Assembly: GCA_018697035.1 (NCBI GenBank)
Contig: JABHSE010000001.1
Span: forward strand, 29,653-93,652
DNA from: an archaeon
GTDB lineage: Archaea; Nanobdellota; Nanobdellia; Pacearchaeales; GW2011-AR1
Direction: 5' to 3'
Length of the DNA stretch: 64,000 nt
Part shown: piece by piece, positions 51,391 through 62,309 of the stretch
Position numbering within the stretch: position 1 is the first letter of the stretch
Layout: each line of letters begins with the position of its first letter
Notes under the pieces: model-generated
The model's input: the letters and a program-made list of their open reading frames with translations, nothing else
Databases searched by the model: none
Told to the model about the DNA's origin: nothing
Made by a program: the position numbers and the translations under genes

Positions 51391-53166
51391 ATGAAACTAG
51401 CTATTGTTCATAAGGAGAAATGTAAGCCGACTGTTTGTGGTCGGGAGTGTAAGAAATATTGTCCGGTTGAGAAGCAGGAGTTGGATACATGTGTGACTAT
51501 TGGAGATAAATGTGCTATTGATGAGCATACTTGCGTCGGTTGTGCGATTTGTGTTAAGCGGTGTCCGTTTGGTGCGATTGATGTTGTGAATTTGCCTTCG
51601 GTGTCGGAGAAGGATATTGTGCATCGGTATGGGGCGAATGGGTTTGCGCTTTATGGGTTGCCGGTTCCGAAAGAGGGAAGTGTTTTGGGGTTGCTTGGAA
51701 GGAACGGAATTGGGAAGAGTACGGCTGTTAAGATTTTGGCAGGGAGTGAGAAGATGAATCTTGGAAAGAGTGAGGTTGGAGAGAATGATGTTAAGGAATT
51801 TTTTAAGGGGAATGAGATTTTGAGGTATTTTGAGGGGTTGGACAAGAAGGTTGTTTCGTATAAGCCTCAGAATTTGTCTACTCTTGCGCTTGATGTTGAG
51901 GTGATGGAGTTGTTGTTACAACGTGGAGAGGAAGGTGAGATTAAGAGGTTGGCTGAGGTTTTGGGAGTTTCGCAGGTTCTTGGGAATGGGATGGATAAGT
52001 TGTCTGGTGGAGAGTTGCAGCGGATTGCGATTTTGGCGGCTTCGTTGGGTGAGGCAGACATATATTTCTTTGACGAGCCTTTGGCGTTTTTGGATATTGG
52101 AGAGAGATTGCGGGTTTCGGATTTTTTGCGGGAGCTTTCTGGCGTCACACATAATAGTGTACCCTCTAAAATGGGCGCCAAGGCGCCGTCTTCATCGGGC
52201 AAGACTTTGATTGTTGTTGAGCATGATTTGTTAATTTTGGATTATTTGACGGATTATGTGAATGTGTTTTTTGGGGGACAAGGGGCGTTTGGCCTTGTTA
52301 GTGGAGTTAAGAGTTCTAAGGTCGGAGTTAATGCATATCTTGAAGGTTTTTTGAAGGAAGAGAATATGAAGATTCGGGACAAGGCGTTGAAGTTTGATTT
52401 TACAAGGAATGCTGATATGAGTGGGAATAAGATTGCTAGTTGGCCTGATTTTGGGGTTAAGTTTGGTAGCGATTTTGAGTTGGAGGTTAAGGGTGGGGAT
52501 ATTCATGAGAATCATGTTATTGGTATACTTGGGAAGAATGGGACTGGGAAGACGACTTTTGTTAAGGCGCTTGTTGGTGAGGTTGAAACGACTGAGGGCA
52601 AGCTTGACTTGGGTTTGAGTGTTTCCTATAAGGCGCAATATTTATTCTCGGAAAGCGAAGATATGGTTAGGGATATTTGTTTTAGAGAGAAAATTAATAA
52701 GAGGTTAAAGAGTACTTTTAATTTGGGAGTTTTGGAAGGGAAGAAGATTAGTAGTCTTAGTGGCGGTGAGTTGCAGCGGTTTGAAGTTGCTCGGTGTTTG
52801 GCGAAGGATGCTGATGTTTATTTGATTGACGAGCCTAGCGCTTATCTTGATGTTGAGGAGAGGATCTCGGTTGCTAAGGCGATTAAGGATACTATGGTTG
52901 AGCGAGGGAAGACGGCCTTTGTTGTGGATCATGATTTATTGGTTGTCTCGTATTTGGCTGATTCGGTTATTAATTTTGACGGAGAGGGTGGTGTTCGAGG
53001 GGAGGCTGGAGAGGTTGTTGGATTTGAGGAAGGTGTGAGTGAGTTGTTGAAGAGTTTGGATGTTACGCTTCGGAAAGATAAGGAATCGGGTCGGCCTAGG
53101 ATTAATAAGAGGGGAAGCGTTTTGGATAGGGAACAGAAGGCTAAAGGGAAGTGGGCAGTTTTTTGA
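51391..53166 (+). CDS. abcE1: ABCE1 / RNase L inhibitor-type ribosome recycling factor
   Basis: N-terminal 4Fe-4S pair (CKPTVCGRECKKYCPV and CVGCAICVKRCPFGA). Two ABC cassettes: GRNGIGKST and GKNGTGKTT, each with an LSGGELQR signature. Confidence 0.85.
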   Translation: MKLAIVHKEKCKPTVCGRECKKYCPVEKQELDTCVTIGDKCAIDEHTCVGCAICVKRCPFGAIDVVNLPSVSEKDIVHRYGANGFALYGLPVPKEGSVLGLLGRNGIGKSTAVKILAGSEKMNLGKSEVGENDVKEFFKGNEILRYFEGLDKKVVSYKPQNLSTLALDVEVMELLLQRGEEGEIKRLAEVLGVSQVLGNGMDKLSGGELQRIAILAASLGEADIYFFDEPLAFLDIGERLRVSDFLRELSGVTHNSVPSKMGAKAPSSSGKTLIVVEHDLLILDYLTDYVNVFFGGQGAFGLVSGVKSSKVGVNAYLEGFLKEENMKIRDKALKFDFTRNADMSGNKIASWPDFGVKFGSDFELEVKGGDIHENHVIGILGKNGTGKTTFVKALVGEVETTEGKLDLGLSVSYKAQYLFSESEDMVRDICFREKINKRLKSTFNLGVLEGKKISSLSGGELQRFEVARCLAKDADVYLIDEPSAYLDVEERISVAKAIKDTMVERGKTAFVVDHDLLVVSYLADSVINFDGEGGVRGEAGEVVGFEEGVSELLKSLDVTLRKDKESGRPRINKRGSVLDREQKAKGKWAVF

Positions 53167-53204
53167 TTGGGAAGATTAATAAATTAAGTTGTGTGAGATA
53201 TGTT

Positions 53205-54845
53205 ATGAAGAATATTGTTGTTAAGATGATTGCTAAGGAAGTTGATTTGGATGTTTGTGATATTGAGAATCTTTTGGAAGTTCCGCCGAGGCTTGAGATG
53301 GGGGATTTTGCTTTTCCTTGTTTTGGATTAGCTAAGTCTCTTAAGAAATCGCCTGTTATTATTGCTTCTGGATTAGCTAAGGTTAAGTTGCCTAAGGGTA
53401 TTTCTGAGGTGAAAGCGGAAGGGGCTTATGTTAATTTCTTTGTTGATAGGGGGATTTTTGCTAAGGGGGTTTTGGGGAAGAAGCGAGTTGATGTTGAGAA
53501 GAAAGGGAAGATTTGTATTGACATGTCGAGTCCTAATATTGCGAAGCCGTTTGGGATTGGGCATTTGAGGTCGACGATTATTGGGAATTCGATTGGGAAG
53601 ATTTGTGAGGCGAATGGGTTTGAGGTTGTGAAGATTAATTATCTTGGAGATTGGGGGACGCAGTTTGGGAAGATTATTTTTGGTTTTAGGAAATGGGGTA
53701 GTGAGGCTAAATTGAAAAAGGATGCGATTGGGCATTTGTATGAGTTGTATGTTCGAGCGAATGCGACAGATGAGTTTGATGAAGAGTGTCGGGCTGAGTT
53801 TAAGAAGTTGGAGGATGGAGATAAGGAGAATTTGAAGTTGTGGAAGCGATTTAAGGATTTGTCGTTGAAGGAGTTTGATAAGATTTATGATTTGCTTGGG
53901 ATTTCGTTTGATGTTGTTTCGGGAGAGAGTTTGTATAATGATAAGATGGGTGCGGTTGTTGCGGAGTTGGAGGCAAAGGGTTTGTTGATTGAGGATGAAG
54001 GGGCGAAAATTGTTGATTTGGATAGTGAGGGACTGGGTAAGGTTTTGATTCAGAAGAGTGATGGGACGAGTCTTTATGCTACTCGGGATTTGGCGATGGC
54101 AATTGATAGGAAGAAAGAATATAATTTTGATAGAGCTGTTTATGAAGTTGGTTCTGAGCAGAAGTTGCATTTTAGGCAGGTGTTTGGGGTTTTAGATAAG
54201 ATGGGTTACGAGTGGTCGAAGGATTTGGTTCATGCTGCACATGGTTTATATTTGGATAAAGACGGGAAGAAATTTTCTACTCGTAGAGGTAAGAGTGTTT
54301 TTATGAAGGATGTTTTGAATGAGGTCGTCGAGAAAGCAAAGACGAATTTGTTAAAGAGGGAAATGTTGAAAGGAAAAGAGTTGGATGGGAGAGCGAGGAA
54401 GATTGCCTTGGCTGCTATTTTTTATGGGGACTTGAAGAATAATCGGGAGCACAATATGGTTTTTGATGTGGATAGGTTCCTCAGTTTTGAGGGGGACACT
54501 GGGCCTTATTTGCTGTATTCTTATGCTCGAGCTTCTAGTATTTTGAGGAAAGTTGATAGCAAGGCTAGTGTTAAGATTGGGGAGATTAATGATACTGAGT
54601 TTGGTTTGATTAAGAAGATTGATTCTTTTGAGGATGTTGTTGGGAAAGCCTATTTGGGGTTGGCTCCGAATTTGGTTGCGAATTATTGTTTTGAGTTGGC
54701 TAGTTTGTTTAATGAATTTTATCATGCCTGTCCTGTGCTTGGGAATGAGAAAGAAGGATTTAGGTTGGTTTTGGTTGGAGCGTTTCGGGATGTGATGGGG
54801 AAGAGTTTGAATTTGTTGGGTATTGAAAAGCTGGAAGAAATGTGA
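53205..54845 (+). CDS. argS: arginyl-tRNA synthetase
   Basis: Class I SSPNIAKPFGIGHLRSTIIGNSI (HIGH-type). C-terminal DALR anticodon-binding domain. Confidence 0.8.
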   Translation: MKNIVVKMIAKEVDLDVCDIENLLEVPPRLEMGDFAFPCFGLAKSLKKSPVIIASGLAKVKLPKGISEVKAEGAYVNFFVDRGIFAKGVLGKKRVDVEKKGKICIDMSSPNIAKPFGIGHLRSTIIGNSIGKICEANGFEVVKINYLGDWGTQFGKIIFGFRKWGSEAKLKKDAIGHLYELYVRANATDEFDEECRAEFKKLEDGDKENLKLWKRFKDLSLKEFDKIYDLLGISFDVVSGESLYNDKMGAVVAELEAKGLLIEDEGAKIVDLDSEGLGKVLIQKSDGTSLYATRDLAMAIDRKKEYNFDRAVYEVGSEQKLHFRQVFGVLDKMGYEWSKDLVHAAHGLYLDKDGKKFSTRRGKSVFMKDVLNEVVEKAKTNLLKREMLKGKELDGRARKIALAAIFYGDLKNNREHNMVFDVDRFLSFEGDTGPYLLYSYARASSILRKVDSKASVKIGEINDTEFGLIKKIDSFEDVVGKAYLGLAPNLVANYCFELASLFNEFYHACPVLGNEKEGFRLVLVGAFRDVMGKSLNLLGIEKLEEM

Positions 54846-55001
54846 GTTGGTTTTTACGAAAGGTTAGATTTATAAGTAAACGTGTTGGAAATGTTTAAAA
54901 TTCGATGACTTAATGAAATTCCTATATTTTGGGTTTTTAAGTATTATTGTTAAAAATACCGACGGGGTAACGCTTTTAAAACGTGAGATTTTGGTTTTTT
55001 T

Positions 55002-55997
55002 ATGACGGTTATATTAAAGGTTAATCCTAAATTGGCGTTTACGGGTAGAGAGGATTTTATTAGTAAGGTTAGGCCGAACTCGATAGCTGTTGATGGGATA
55101 ATTAAAAATGAACAGACTTTTAGAGTTCCAGAAGGTCCTTATGCTAATTTTGATCACCATTATGGGAGTGATGATATTGCTACTAGGAGTAGTTTTATGC
55201 AAGTGTATTTGGAGATAAAACAGAGGGATTTGGTTGATAGATTTAGTAAGGACGGGGAGTTTTCTGTGTATATGTATGCGGATCACGGGGATGAAGATGT
55301 CTGTGGTTGTTATTGGGCGTTGAGGAATGCTAAGAAGATAATTGAGAATGAGAATGATAGGATTCGGCAGTTGGTTGATTTATGTGATAAGTTGGATACT
55401 ACGGCTGGTTCTTTTGAGACTGGGGATACGGTTTTAAGGAGGAGGATGGCGTGGATATTTAAGCCTTATCACAATGCGAGGTATAAGGGACGTTCGGATA
55501 GCATGGGACCTCGTGAGTATGGTAATATGATCAGAGCAGTTAATGGAAGAATTTGTGATTATGTTTCTGGAGGTGGAGGTGAAGTTAAGCTTGAAGGGGG
55601 ATATGAGGATATTGGGATAGATAGAAAGAGGAACGAGGAGAATGGTTGGATTTTTACTAAGGAGTTTAGTCCAGCTAGTAGAATGGTTATGTATTTGGAA
55701 GGGGTTAGAACTTTTGCTAGTCTTGTTGGGAAAAGGAAAGATGGGAATATTGATGTTATGCTTGGAAAGAAGACGGGGTGGAATATTGATTATTGTATTC
55801 CGAAGATATTTGATAGATTAAATAAGGAAGAGGGAGATATTGTTAGTGAGACAAACTTCTGGGGCGGTAGCGATATGAGAGGTGGTAGTCCTAAGGAGAG
55901 TGGTAGTAGACTGTCTCTAGGTGGCATTGAGAGATGTATTAATGAAGAAGTTGAGATCGCGAGAGAAGAAAGGATTAGTAAAGAAAAGGAAAAGTGA
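55002..55997 (+). CDS. hypothetical protein with DHH-like acidic/His motifs
   Basis: 331 aa with ANFDHHYGSDD and YADHGDED clusters that suggest metal binding. No family assigned with confidence. Confidence 0.35.
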   Translation: MTVILKVNPKLAFTGREDFISKVRPNSIAVDGIIKNEQTFRVPEGPYANFDHHYGSDDIATRSSFMQVYLEIKQRDLVDRFSKDGEFSVYMYADHGDEDVCGCYWALRNAKKIIENENDRIRQLVDLCDKLDTTAGSFETGDTVLRRRMAWIFKPYHNARYKGRSDSMGPREYGNMIRAVNGRICDYVSGGGGEVKLEGGYEDIGIDRKRNEENGWIFTKEFSPASRMVMYLEGVRTFASLVGKRKDGNIDVMLGKKTGWNIDYCIPKIFDRLNKEEGDIVSETNFWGGSDMRGGSPKESGSRLSLGGIERCINEEVEIAREERISKEKEK

Positions 55998-55998
55998 T

Positions 55999-56805
55999 TT
56001 ATTTTACAACTTTGAAATTTTTCCAAGCAATTTCAAATAAACTTTCTAGTGCTTGTGCAAAAAATTCAGTGTTAAGCCAGATTCCTATATCATAAGTTGG
56101 GTGAACTTCATCGTCGTTTAGAAGCATAAACATCATCTGTTCACTATCTACTAACATGAATCTTGCGTTTAAATCCTGAACGTTTCGTACTTCTCCTACT
56201 TTTGTAAAATCTTTTGCAACCTTCTTATTATCTGCAGTTATTGGTGCAGCTATTCTAATTTTTACTCCTCGTTTTTTTGCTTTTTCTAGAGATGGTAGCA
56301 ATACTTCTAGTTTTCGACTTAAGCCATCTGCTGTTGTTACGAGTGTAATTGTTTTCTGAGCTTCTCGAACTAGCATATCTAAATGGTTGTAAATGTTTTG
56401 TCGGGATTTTAATGCTCCAGATAGATCGCTTGGTTCTATATATTTTATTCCGTCGGAGAATATAGTTGTTAATTCTTCTAATACTTCATCACCTTTTAAT
56501 TTTTCTAACCTTTTTGATTTTTCCTTTGCGTTGACGACTAAATTTTTCTTTACCCTTTCTATTACTTCCTCTGGTTTTAGTGCAACGAATTGGATTGGTT
56601 TGCCTAATTTCATCACTATAAATCCTTTTTTCTCTAGTGATTCTAGGATGTCGTAAGTTCGGGATCGTGGTACGTCGGAGATCGAGGAAAGCTCACCTGC
56701 TGTTGATGTTCCTCTAGAAAGTAACGCAGTCCAGACTTTTACTTCGTATAAATTCAGGTCGAATATTTTTCGGAGTCTGCTAAGGAATTCCTCTTTGACT
56801 ATCAT
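55999..56805 (-). CDS. TrmB-family transcriptional regulator
   Basis: The N-terminal wHTH LNLYEVKVWTALLSRGTSTAGELSSISDVPRSRTYDILESLEKKGFIV matches the TrmB N-terminal domain. Confidence 0.7.
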   Translation of the reverse strand: MIVKEEFLSRLRKIFDLNLYEVKVWTALLSRGTSTAGELSSISDVPRSRTYDILESLEKKGFIVMKLGKPIQFVALKPEEVIERVKKNLVVNAKEKSKRLEKLKGDEVLEELTTIFSDGIKYIEPSDLSGALKSRQNIYNHLDMLVREAQKTITLVTTADGLSRKLEVLLPSLEKAKKRGVKIRIAAPITADNKKVAKDFTKVGEVRNVQDLNARFMLVDSEQMMFMLLNDDEVHPTYDIGIWLNTEFFAQALESLFEIAWKNFKVVK

Positions 56806-56889
56806 AGTTCTCCTAATTCTAAATAGTATTTAAATGTTTCTTTGGATTGTCTGGGTTTTTGGGAGTGAAAAGAAATTTTGTCGTCGGTA

Positions 56890-59730
56890 TCACAGTTTAT
56901 TGAATCTTGTTTCGAATTTTTTGTTTTTAATTTTTCCAACTTCAGAGTGATTAAATTTTTTGCTTGATTTTTCTAGGGAGAGTTTGGTTGCACCGACTCT
57001 TTGTTTTATGAAGTCTATTTGAGATTCTAATATTTTGTTAAATTCTGAGGTGATTTCTAGTTCTATGGTATCCGTTTTTACGAGGCTGGCTTCCTTTCTT
57101 GCTGCTTGGATTTTTCGTGATATTTCCCTAGCGTATCCTTCGGCTTCTAATTCCGGGGTTATATTTGTGTCTATGGTTATTTCTAATGTTTCTGAGTCTT
57201 TGTATTCTAGTTCTTTGATATTGAGTTCTTCCTTTATTATCTGGGATAATTCTTCGTTTGGTTGTATTGGTGTTGAGATTGTTGCGCTTGCTAGAGGCCA
57301 CTTTATTCCGATTTGTGCTTTGTCCCGTTGTCTAAGTGTTGTCGATACTATTTTTCTTGCGGTTTCCATTTCTGTTTCTAGGTCTTTGTTGATTAAGGAT
57401 TCGTCGGCGGTTGGGTAGTCTTGGAGGTGGACGGAGTCTTTTGAGTCGTTGATGTCTTGGTAGATGGATTCTGTTGCGAATGGGATTAGGGGGGCTAGTA
57501 TTTTTGTGAGTTTATTTAATATGTAGTATGTTGTTTTTTTTGCTAGTTTGTCGTCGTCGTTGAATCTGGTTCGGGAGTTTCTTATGTACCATGTTGAGAG
57601 GTCGTCGATGTATTTTTTTGCGAAGGCGCATGCTTTGATTGTGTTGTATTTTTCCATGTTCTCTTGGACGACCTTGTTTAGTTCTTCGGTTCGTGAGATT
57701 ATCCAGTTGTCCATTATGTTGTCGGACTTTTCGAATTTCTGGTCGTCCTTAGTTGCGTAGTCTTTGTAGAATCTTGCAACGTTGTAGAGTAGGACTGTTA
57801 TTTTCTTGTAAGTTTCTTGTAGCCCGGATTCTGAGAAGTTGAAATTTTCGGCTGTCATCAGTGGGGATTGTAACATGTAAAATCTGAAAGTGTCGGCTCC
57901 GTATTTGTTTATGATTGTTAGGGGGTCTGGATAGTTGTTTAGGGATTTCGACATTTTTTTTCCGTCTTCTGCTAGGATAATTCCGGTTGTTAGGACGTTT
58001 TCGAAAGGCATTTTGTCGAAGAGGATTGTTGATAAGGCCATCATGTAGTAGAACCAGGCTCTTGTTTGTCCGATATATTCTGTTATGAATTGTGCCGGGA
58101 AATTTTTGTCGAAGAATTCTTTGTTTTCGAATGGGTAATGGAATTGTGCGAATGACATTGCGCCTGATTCGAACCAACAGTCTAGGACTTCTGGGATTCT
58201 TGTATATTCTTCTCCGTCTATTTTTAGCTTGACTGGGTCTAGGAAGTCTTTATGTAAATCCACTTTGCCTTTAGGTAGGTTGATTGCGTGTTTTTTTAAT
58301 TCTTCAATTGAACCTAAGACTTTTATTTTTCCTGATTCAGATTTCCAGATAGGAATAGCTGTTGCCCAGTATCTGTTTCTTGTGATGTTCCAATCTGGTG
58401 CGGTTGATATGTTGTGTTGCATTTGACCTTCTCTAAGGTGAGATGGGAACCAGTTGATGTCGAGGTTTAGTTTCATGAATTTCTTTTTTACTTTTTGAAT
58501 ATCTACGAACCATGCTGGGAGTGCTCGGTAAATCAATTTTGTGTCACACCTATAGCAGAATGGGTATTCGTGTTCTATCTTTCTAGAAGAAATTGCTTTG
58601 TTTGCGGTTTTTAGGTCGATTACTATTTGGGTGTTTGTGTCGTGGACTATTTGACCTGCGTAGTCTTTTACTTCGGATGTGAAGTGTCCTGTTTCGTCTA
58701 CGGGTTGGACTGATGGTATTTTGTATTTTCTGCATATAGCATTGTCTTCTTCTCCGAATGCTGGGGCTGTGTGGACTATTCCGGTTCCTTCTTCGGCTGT
58801 TACGAAGTCACCTAGTAGAATTTTGAATGAGTTGGGGTTGTTCTTGAAATAGGGGAACAGTGGTTCGTATTCTAGTCCTTCGAGTTCTTTTCCTTTGACT
58901 TCTTTTGTTATTTTATATTCATCACTCGACTTATAGAATTTTTCTAGGAGGTCTTTTGCGAGGATGTATGTGTTGTTGTCGGAGGAGTCCTTTGCATAGA
59001 CATATGTTAAGGTTGGACTGACTGTTAGTGCTAAGTTTGAGGGGAGTGTCCATGGGGTTGTTGTCCAGGCTAGGGCGTAGGTGTTCTCTCCGTTTTTAAT
59101 TTGGAATTTTGCGGTTATACTCAAGTCTTTGATTATTTTGTAGGAGTTATCCATTGCGATTTCGGATTTTGCTAGTGGGGTTGCGCATCGAGGACAATAG
59201 AGTAAGACTTTTTCTCCTTCGTAAAGGTAGCCTTTGTTGTAGAGTTGCTGGAAGGCCCACCAGACTGATTCGATGTAGTTGGTGTCCATTGTTTTGTAGC
59301 CGTCTTCCCAGCTTACCCATCTTCCTAGTTTTTCTATGTAGGTTCTCCAATCGGAGTCATAGGTTAATACCTGGCTTCGGCAGTGGTCGTTGAATTTTTT
59401 TACTCCCATTTTTTCTATTTCGTCTTTTGAAGTTATGCCTAGGTTTTTTTCTGCGATTGATTCTATAGGTAAGCCGTGGCAGTCCCAACCCCATGTTCTC
59501 TTGACGTATCTGCCTTGCATTGTGAAGAATCTTGGAAAGACGTCTTTGATTGCGGAGATAAGTAAGTGCCCGTAGTGGGGGAGGCCTGTTGCGAATGGTG
59601 GTCCGTCGTAGAAGATGTAGGGTTTGCCTTTTTCTGTTTTCTTTAGGGATTTTTCAAATGTCTTATCTTTCTTCCAGTAGGCGGAGATTTCTTCCTCGGT
59701 TCTTTGTATATTTGATTTTTCTTTTACCAT
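56890..59730 (-). CDS. ileS: isoleucyl-tRNA synthetase
   Basis: PPFATGLPHYGHLL is the archaeal/eukaryal-type IleRS HIGH region. KMSKSLNN. 946 aa. Confidence 0.85.
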   Translation of the reverse strand: MVKEKSNIQRTEEEISAYWKKDKTFEKSLKKTEKGKPYIFYDGPPFATGLPHYGHLLISAIKDVFPRFFTMQGRYVKRTWGWDCHGLPIESIAEKNLGITSKDEIEKMGVKKFNDHCRSQVLTYDSDWRTYIEKLGRWVSWEDGYKTMDTNYIESVWWAFQQLYNKGYLYEGEKVLLYCPRCATPLAKSEIAMDNSYKIIKDLSITAKFQIKNGENTYALAWTTTPWTLPSNLALTVSPTLTYVYAKDSSDNNTYILAKDLLEKFYKSSDEYKITKEVKGKELEGLEYEPLFPYFKNNPNSFKILLGDFVTAEEGTGIVHTAPAFGEEDNAICRKYKIPSVQPVDETGHFTSEVKDYAGQIVHDTNTQIVIDLKTANKAISSRKIEHEYPFCYRCDTKLIYRALPAWFVDIQKVKKKFMKLNLDINWFPSHLREGQMQHNISTAPDWNITRNRYWATAIPIWKSESGKIKVLGSIEELKKHAINLPKGKVDLHKDFLDPVKLKIDGEEYTRIPEVLDCWFESGAMSFAQFHYPFENKEFFDKNFPAQFITEYIGQTRAWFYYMMALSTILFDKMPFENVLTTGIILAEDGKKMSKSLNNYPDPLTIINKYGADTFRFYMLQSPLMTAENFNFSESGLQETYKKITVLLYNVARFYKDYATKDDQKFEKSDNIMDNWIISRTEELNKVVQENMEKYNTIKACAFAKKYIDDLSTWYIRNSRTRFNDDDKLAKKTTYYILNKLTKILAPLIPFATESIYQDINDSKDSVHLQDYPTADESLINKDLETEMETARKIVSTTLRQRDKAQIGIKWPLASATISTPIQPNEELSQIIKEELNIKELEYKDSETLEITIDTNITPELEAEGYAREISRKIQAARKEASLVKTDTIELEITSEFNKILESQIDFIKQRVGATKLSLEKSSKKFNHSEVGKIKNKKFETRFNKL

Positions 59731-59903
59731 ATTATCTATTGATTATTTCGTGAGCTATTTTTCTTCTTAGGTTCGCTACTCTTTCTGTTTCTTTCTGTGG
59801 TGCGTCTTCTGCTGTCTGATATATCTCCTTCATTGATGGCGTGTCAAAATTTCTTCTTTCATATATTTCTTCCTTTCTTGGATTGTAGTTTAATGTCTTC
59901 ATA

Positions 59904-60155
59904 TTAATTAGTTTGAATAGAGTTATTTAAGATTTGTTGTTCGAGGGATGGTCTGAGTTTGATTATTTTGGTTAGGACTGTTTCTGGGATTTGGAGGTTG
60001 GTGGATTTTTTTAGGGTTTCTGCTTGTTGGATTTTGTTTTGGAGTAGTAGGGATCCGTATAGTTCTAGGTTTCTGTCTTGGTTTTGTTGGTCTTCTAAGT
60101 ATGTGTGGAAATTTTTTACTTGCCTTTGTATGTATCCTGTATATGCGAAACTCAT
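59904..60155 (-). CDS. hypothetical small protein
   Basis: ORF only. Atypical Gln/Asn-rich composition. May be spurious. Confidence 0.2.
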   Translation of the reverse strand: MSFAYTGYIQRQVKNFHTYLEDQQNQDRNLELYGSLLLQNKIQQAETLKKSTNLQIPETVLTKIIKLRPSLEQQILNNSIQTN

Positions 60156-60309
60156 TTTGTGGGTTGTAATGGTAAGCTTAGAGCTTACGCTAGAATGATG
60201 ATGGTCTTGATTTGGCTCTTCTTTACCATAGAGTTTGTTTGGAGAAGTTGCTTTTAATGTTTTTGGTTAGATTGTGTAATACAATAAAACTTATAAATAA
60301 TCTGACGGG

Positions 60310-60888
60310 TTGTTTTCTATGGATTATTTTGATTTGTTGGGAATGGGGGAAAAGGAAAAAGATATTTATTTTTTAAGAATGGCTTTTTTGGCCGCTAAAA
60401 ATCTTTCTCAAGATGTTAATACTCAAACAGGTGCGATTGTGGTAAGTCCCGATTTTAAATTAATTTCTGTAGGTGCTAATCGGGTTAATTTTGGAGATCC
60501 TAGGAGATATGAGGGAAGAGGGGAAAGGAAAGTGTTCGGGAGGCCAGAGAAGTATGAAATTATTACTCATGCTGAAAGAGATACACAGTATTGCGCAAAT
60601 AGAGCTGGACAAACTCTTGTGGATTGTACGTTATATACAACTTGGGTTCCTTGTGATACTTGTGCAGAGCTTACGGTGAATAATGGGATTAAGAGATATG
60701 TTACCCATCAGTCTACAATGGATTGGTACAATGAGGCTAGGAAAGATACCAGTGGGAGAATTAATTGGGATGAGAGTATAGCAGATGCTCTTGGGACATT
60801 TGAAAGGTCTAGTGTGGATTATATTTGTTTGAATGATAAGATAGGTGGGGTTGAGTTTTTGTTTGATGATAAAATTAGAGAGCCTTGA
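60310..60888 (+). CDS. CMP/dCMP deaminase-family zinc-binding protein
   Basis: HAERD...PCDTCAELTV matches the H[AC]E...PCxxC deaminase Zn ligands. Confidence 0.55.
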   Translation: MFSMDYFDLLGMGEKEKDIYFLRMAFLAAKNLSQDVNTQTGAIVVSPDFKLISVGANRVNFGDPRRYEGRGERKVFGRPEKYEIITHAERDTQYCANRAGQTLVDCTLYTTWVPCDTCAELTVNNGIKRYVTHQSTMDWYNEARKDTSGRINWDESIADALGTFERSSVDYICLNDKIGGVEFLFDDKIREP

Positions 60889-60890
60889 TT

Positions 60891-61643
60891 TTATTGATTG
60901 AATTTTTCTAATGCTTTTTGTTCTGTGTGGTTTATTGAGTTTGGAACGATCAAACAGAATGGCATTTCTATATTTTTGTCGGATAAATTTTCTGGTGTGT
61001 CGTAGAGGATTTTTTGTAGGGAGGTTCCTGCGTGAGAGATTGCTATGATTTTTTCTGGGAGATCTAGGTTTTCCTCTGAGGCTGATTCTTTCAATTGTTC
61101 GATTGCAGGTTTTATTTTTAATCCTATGTCAGTTAGGATTAGGGTGTGGGCTTGGATTGATTGGTTTTGTTTTATATAAATAGCGAATGAAGTTGGTTTG
61201 TTTGTGTGTTCTTCCCAGTTTGGCATTGAAGTTGTTTTTCCGAATTTGTATAATGATAAGCCTGTTTCGGCTATGGTTGTTAGGATTGAGGCGTTGTGGA
61301 ATATTTGATATTTGATATTTTGTTTTTTCGCTTCCAATATTAATTGCATGTGAGTTGTTGCTGAGAGGGAGTCTCCGTATACTAGTAATGCAACACGTGA
61401 ACTTTTTGCTTCTTCTAAGATTGATTCATCTTCGACTTTTTTTCTGTCTAGTTCCATTATTTTTACGTTGTATGCTCTTTCTAATTCTTCTTTTGAGTAA
61501 GGGAAGTTTACGGTGTAGTTTTCCAGGTAGACTTTGTCGCATTCTTTTAAGGCTATCAGGGCGTCTGCTGAGATTGAGGTTTTTGTCATTCCGGTGCCGA
61601 TTAGGTATAGTGCCATGTTATTAGGGTGGATTTTTGGGTTAAG
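60891..61643 (-). CDS. dph5: diphthine synthase (tetrapyrrole-methylase fold)
   Basis: MALYLIGTGMTKTSISADALIALKECDKVYLENYTV...LLVYGDSLSATTHMQLILEAKKQNIKYQIFHNASI. The track's longer ORF extends upstream without support. Confidence 0.75.
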   Translation of the reverse strand, partial: LNPKIHPNNMALYLIGTGMTKTSISADALIALKECDKVYLENYTVNFPYSKEELERAYNVKIMELDRKKVEDESILEEAKSSRVALLVYGDSLSATTHMQLILEAKKQNIKYQIFHNASILTTIAETGLSLYKFGKTTSMPNWEEHTNKPTSFAIYIKQNQSIQAHTLILTDIGLKIKPAIEQLKESASEENLDLPEKIIAISHAGTSLQKILYDTPENLSDKNIEMPFCLIVPNSINHTEQKALEKFNQ

Positions 61644-61718
61644 AAGTTTTTGGTTGGGTATGTGATATATATGTTGGATTATACTAGTGGATTTAAATGA
61701 AGATGTTTTGGGATTTTT

Positions 61719-62309
61719 ATGAGGAAGATTGAGAGTGTTAATTCTGCGAAATGTTTTGTGATTAGTGCGCCTTCGGGTGCGGGGAAGACTACGCTCGAGC
61801 GCAGATTGCTTGCAGATAAGCCTGATGTTTTTTATAATTCTGTTTCGGATACTACTAGGAGAAAGCGTTCTGATGAGATTGATGGTCGAGATTATAATTT
61901 TATTAGTGTTGCGGAATTTAAATCTAAAGTTGATAGTGGAGAATATTTGGAGTGGGCAGAGGTTCATGGGAATTTTTATGGGACTCCGAAGACGCCATTG
62001 TTTGATGCAATGAATCGGGGATTGTTTCCTTTGTTGGTTTTAGATATTCAAGGATATTTTCAAATTAGGAAGAAGCTTTCCTACGATAGGTTGTGTCCGA
62101 TTTTTATTTTGCCTCCTGACGAAGATGAGCTTGTTCGGAGGATTGGGAAGAGGGGGAAGATGAGTCCTGAGGATTTGAAGATTCGTCTTCGGAATTCTAA
62201 AAATGAATGTGCTGTTGCTGGTGAATTTAAGTATTGCCTGACTAATGATAATTTAGATGTGGCCTATTCTATTTTGAAGTTTATTGTCGAGAAAGAGATG
62301 GGGCTTTAG
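61719..62309 (+). CDS. gmk: guanylate kinase
   Basis: SAPSGAGKTTL...SVSDTTRRKR...GEYLEWAEVHGNFYGTPK. Confidence 0.8.
   Translation: MRKIESVNSAKCFVISAPSGAGKTTLERRLLADKPDVFYNSVSDTTRRKRSDEIDGRDYNFISVAEFKSKVDSGEYLEWAEVHGNFYGTPKTPLFDAMNRGLFPLLVLDIQGYFQIRKKLSYDRLCPIFILPPDEDELVRRIGKRGKMSPEDLKIRLRNSKNECAVAGEFKYCLTNDNLDVAYSILKFIVEKEMGL

Noticed and set aside
61644-61967. Extended 358-aa version of the diphthine synthase ORF reaching 61967.
   Set aside because: The conserved methyltransferase N-terminus (MALYLIGTGM) begins at about 61643. The upstream part has no similarity and overlaps the gmk promoter region.
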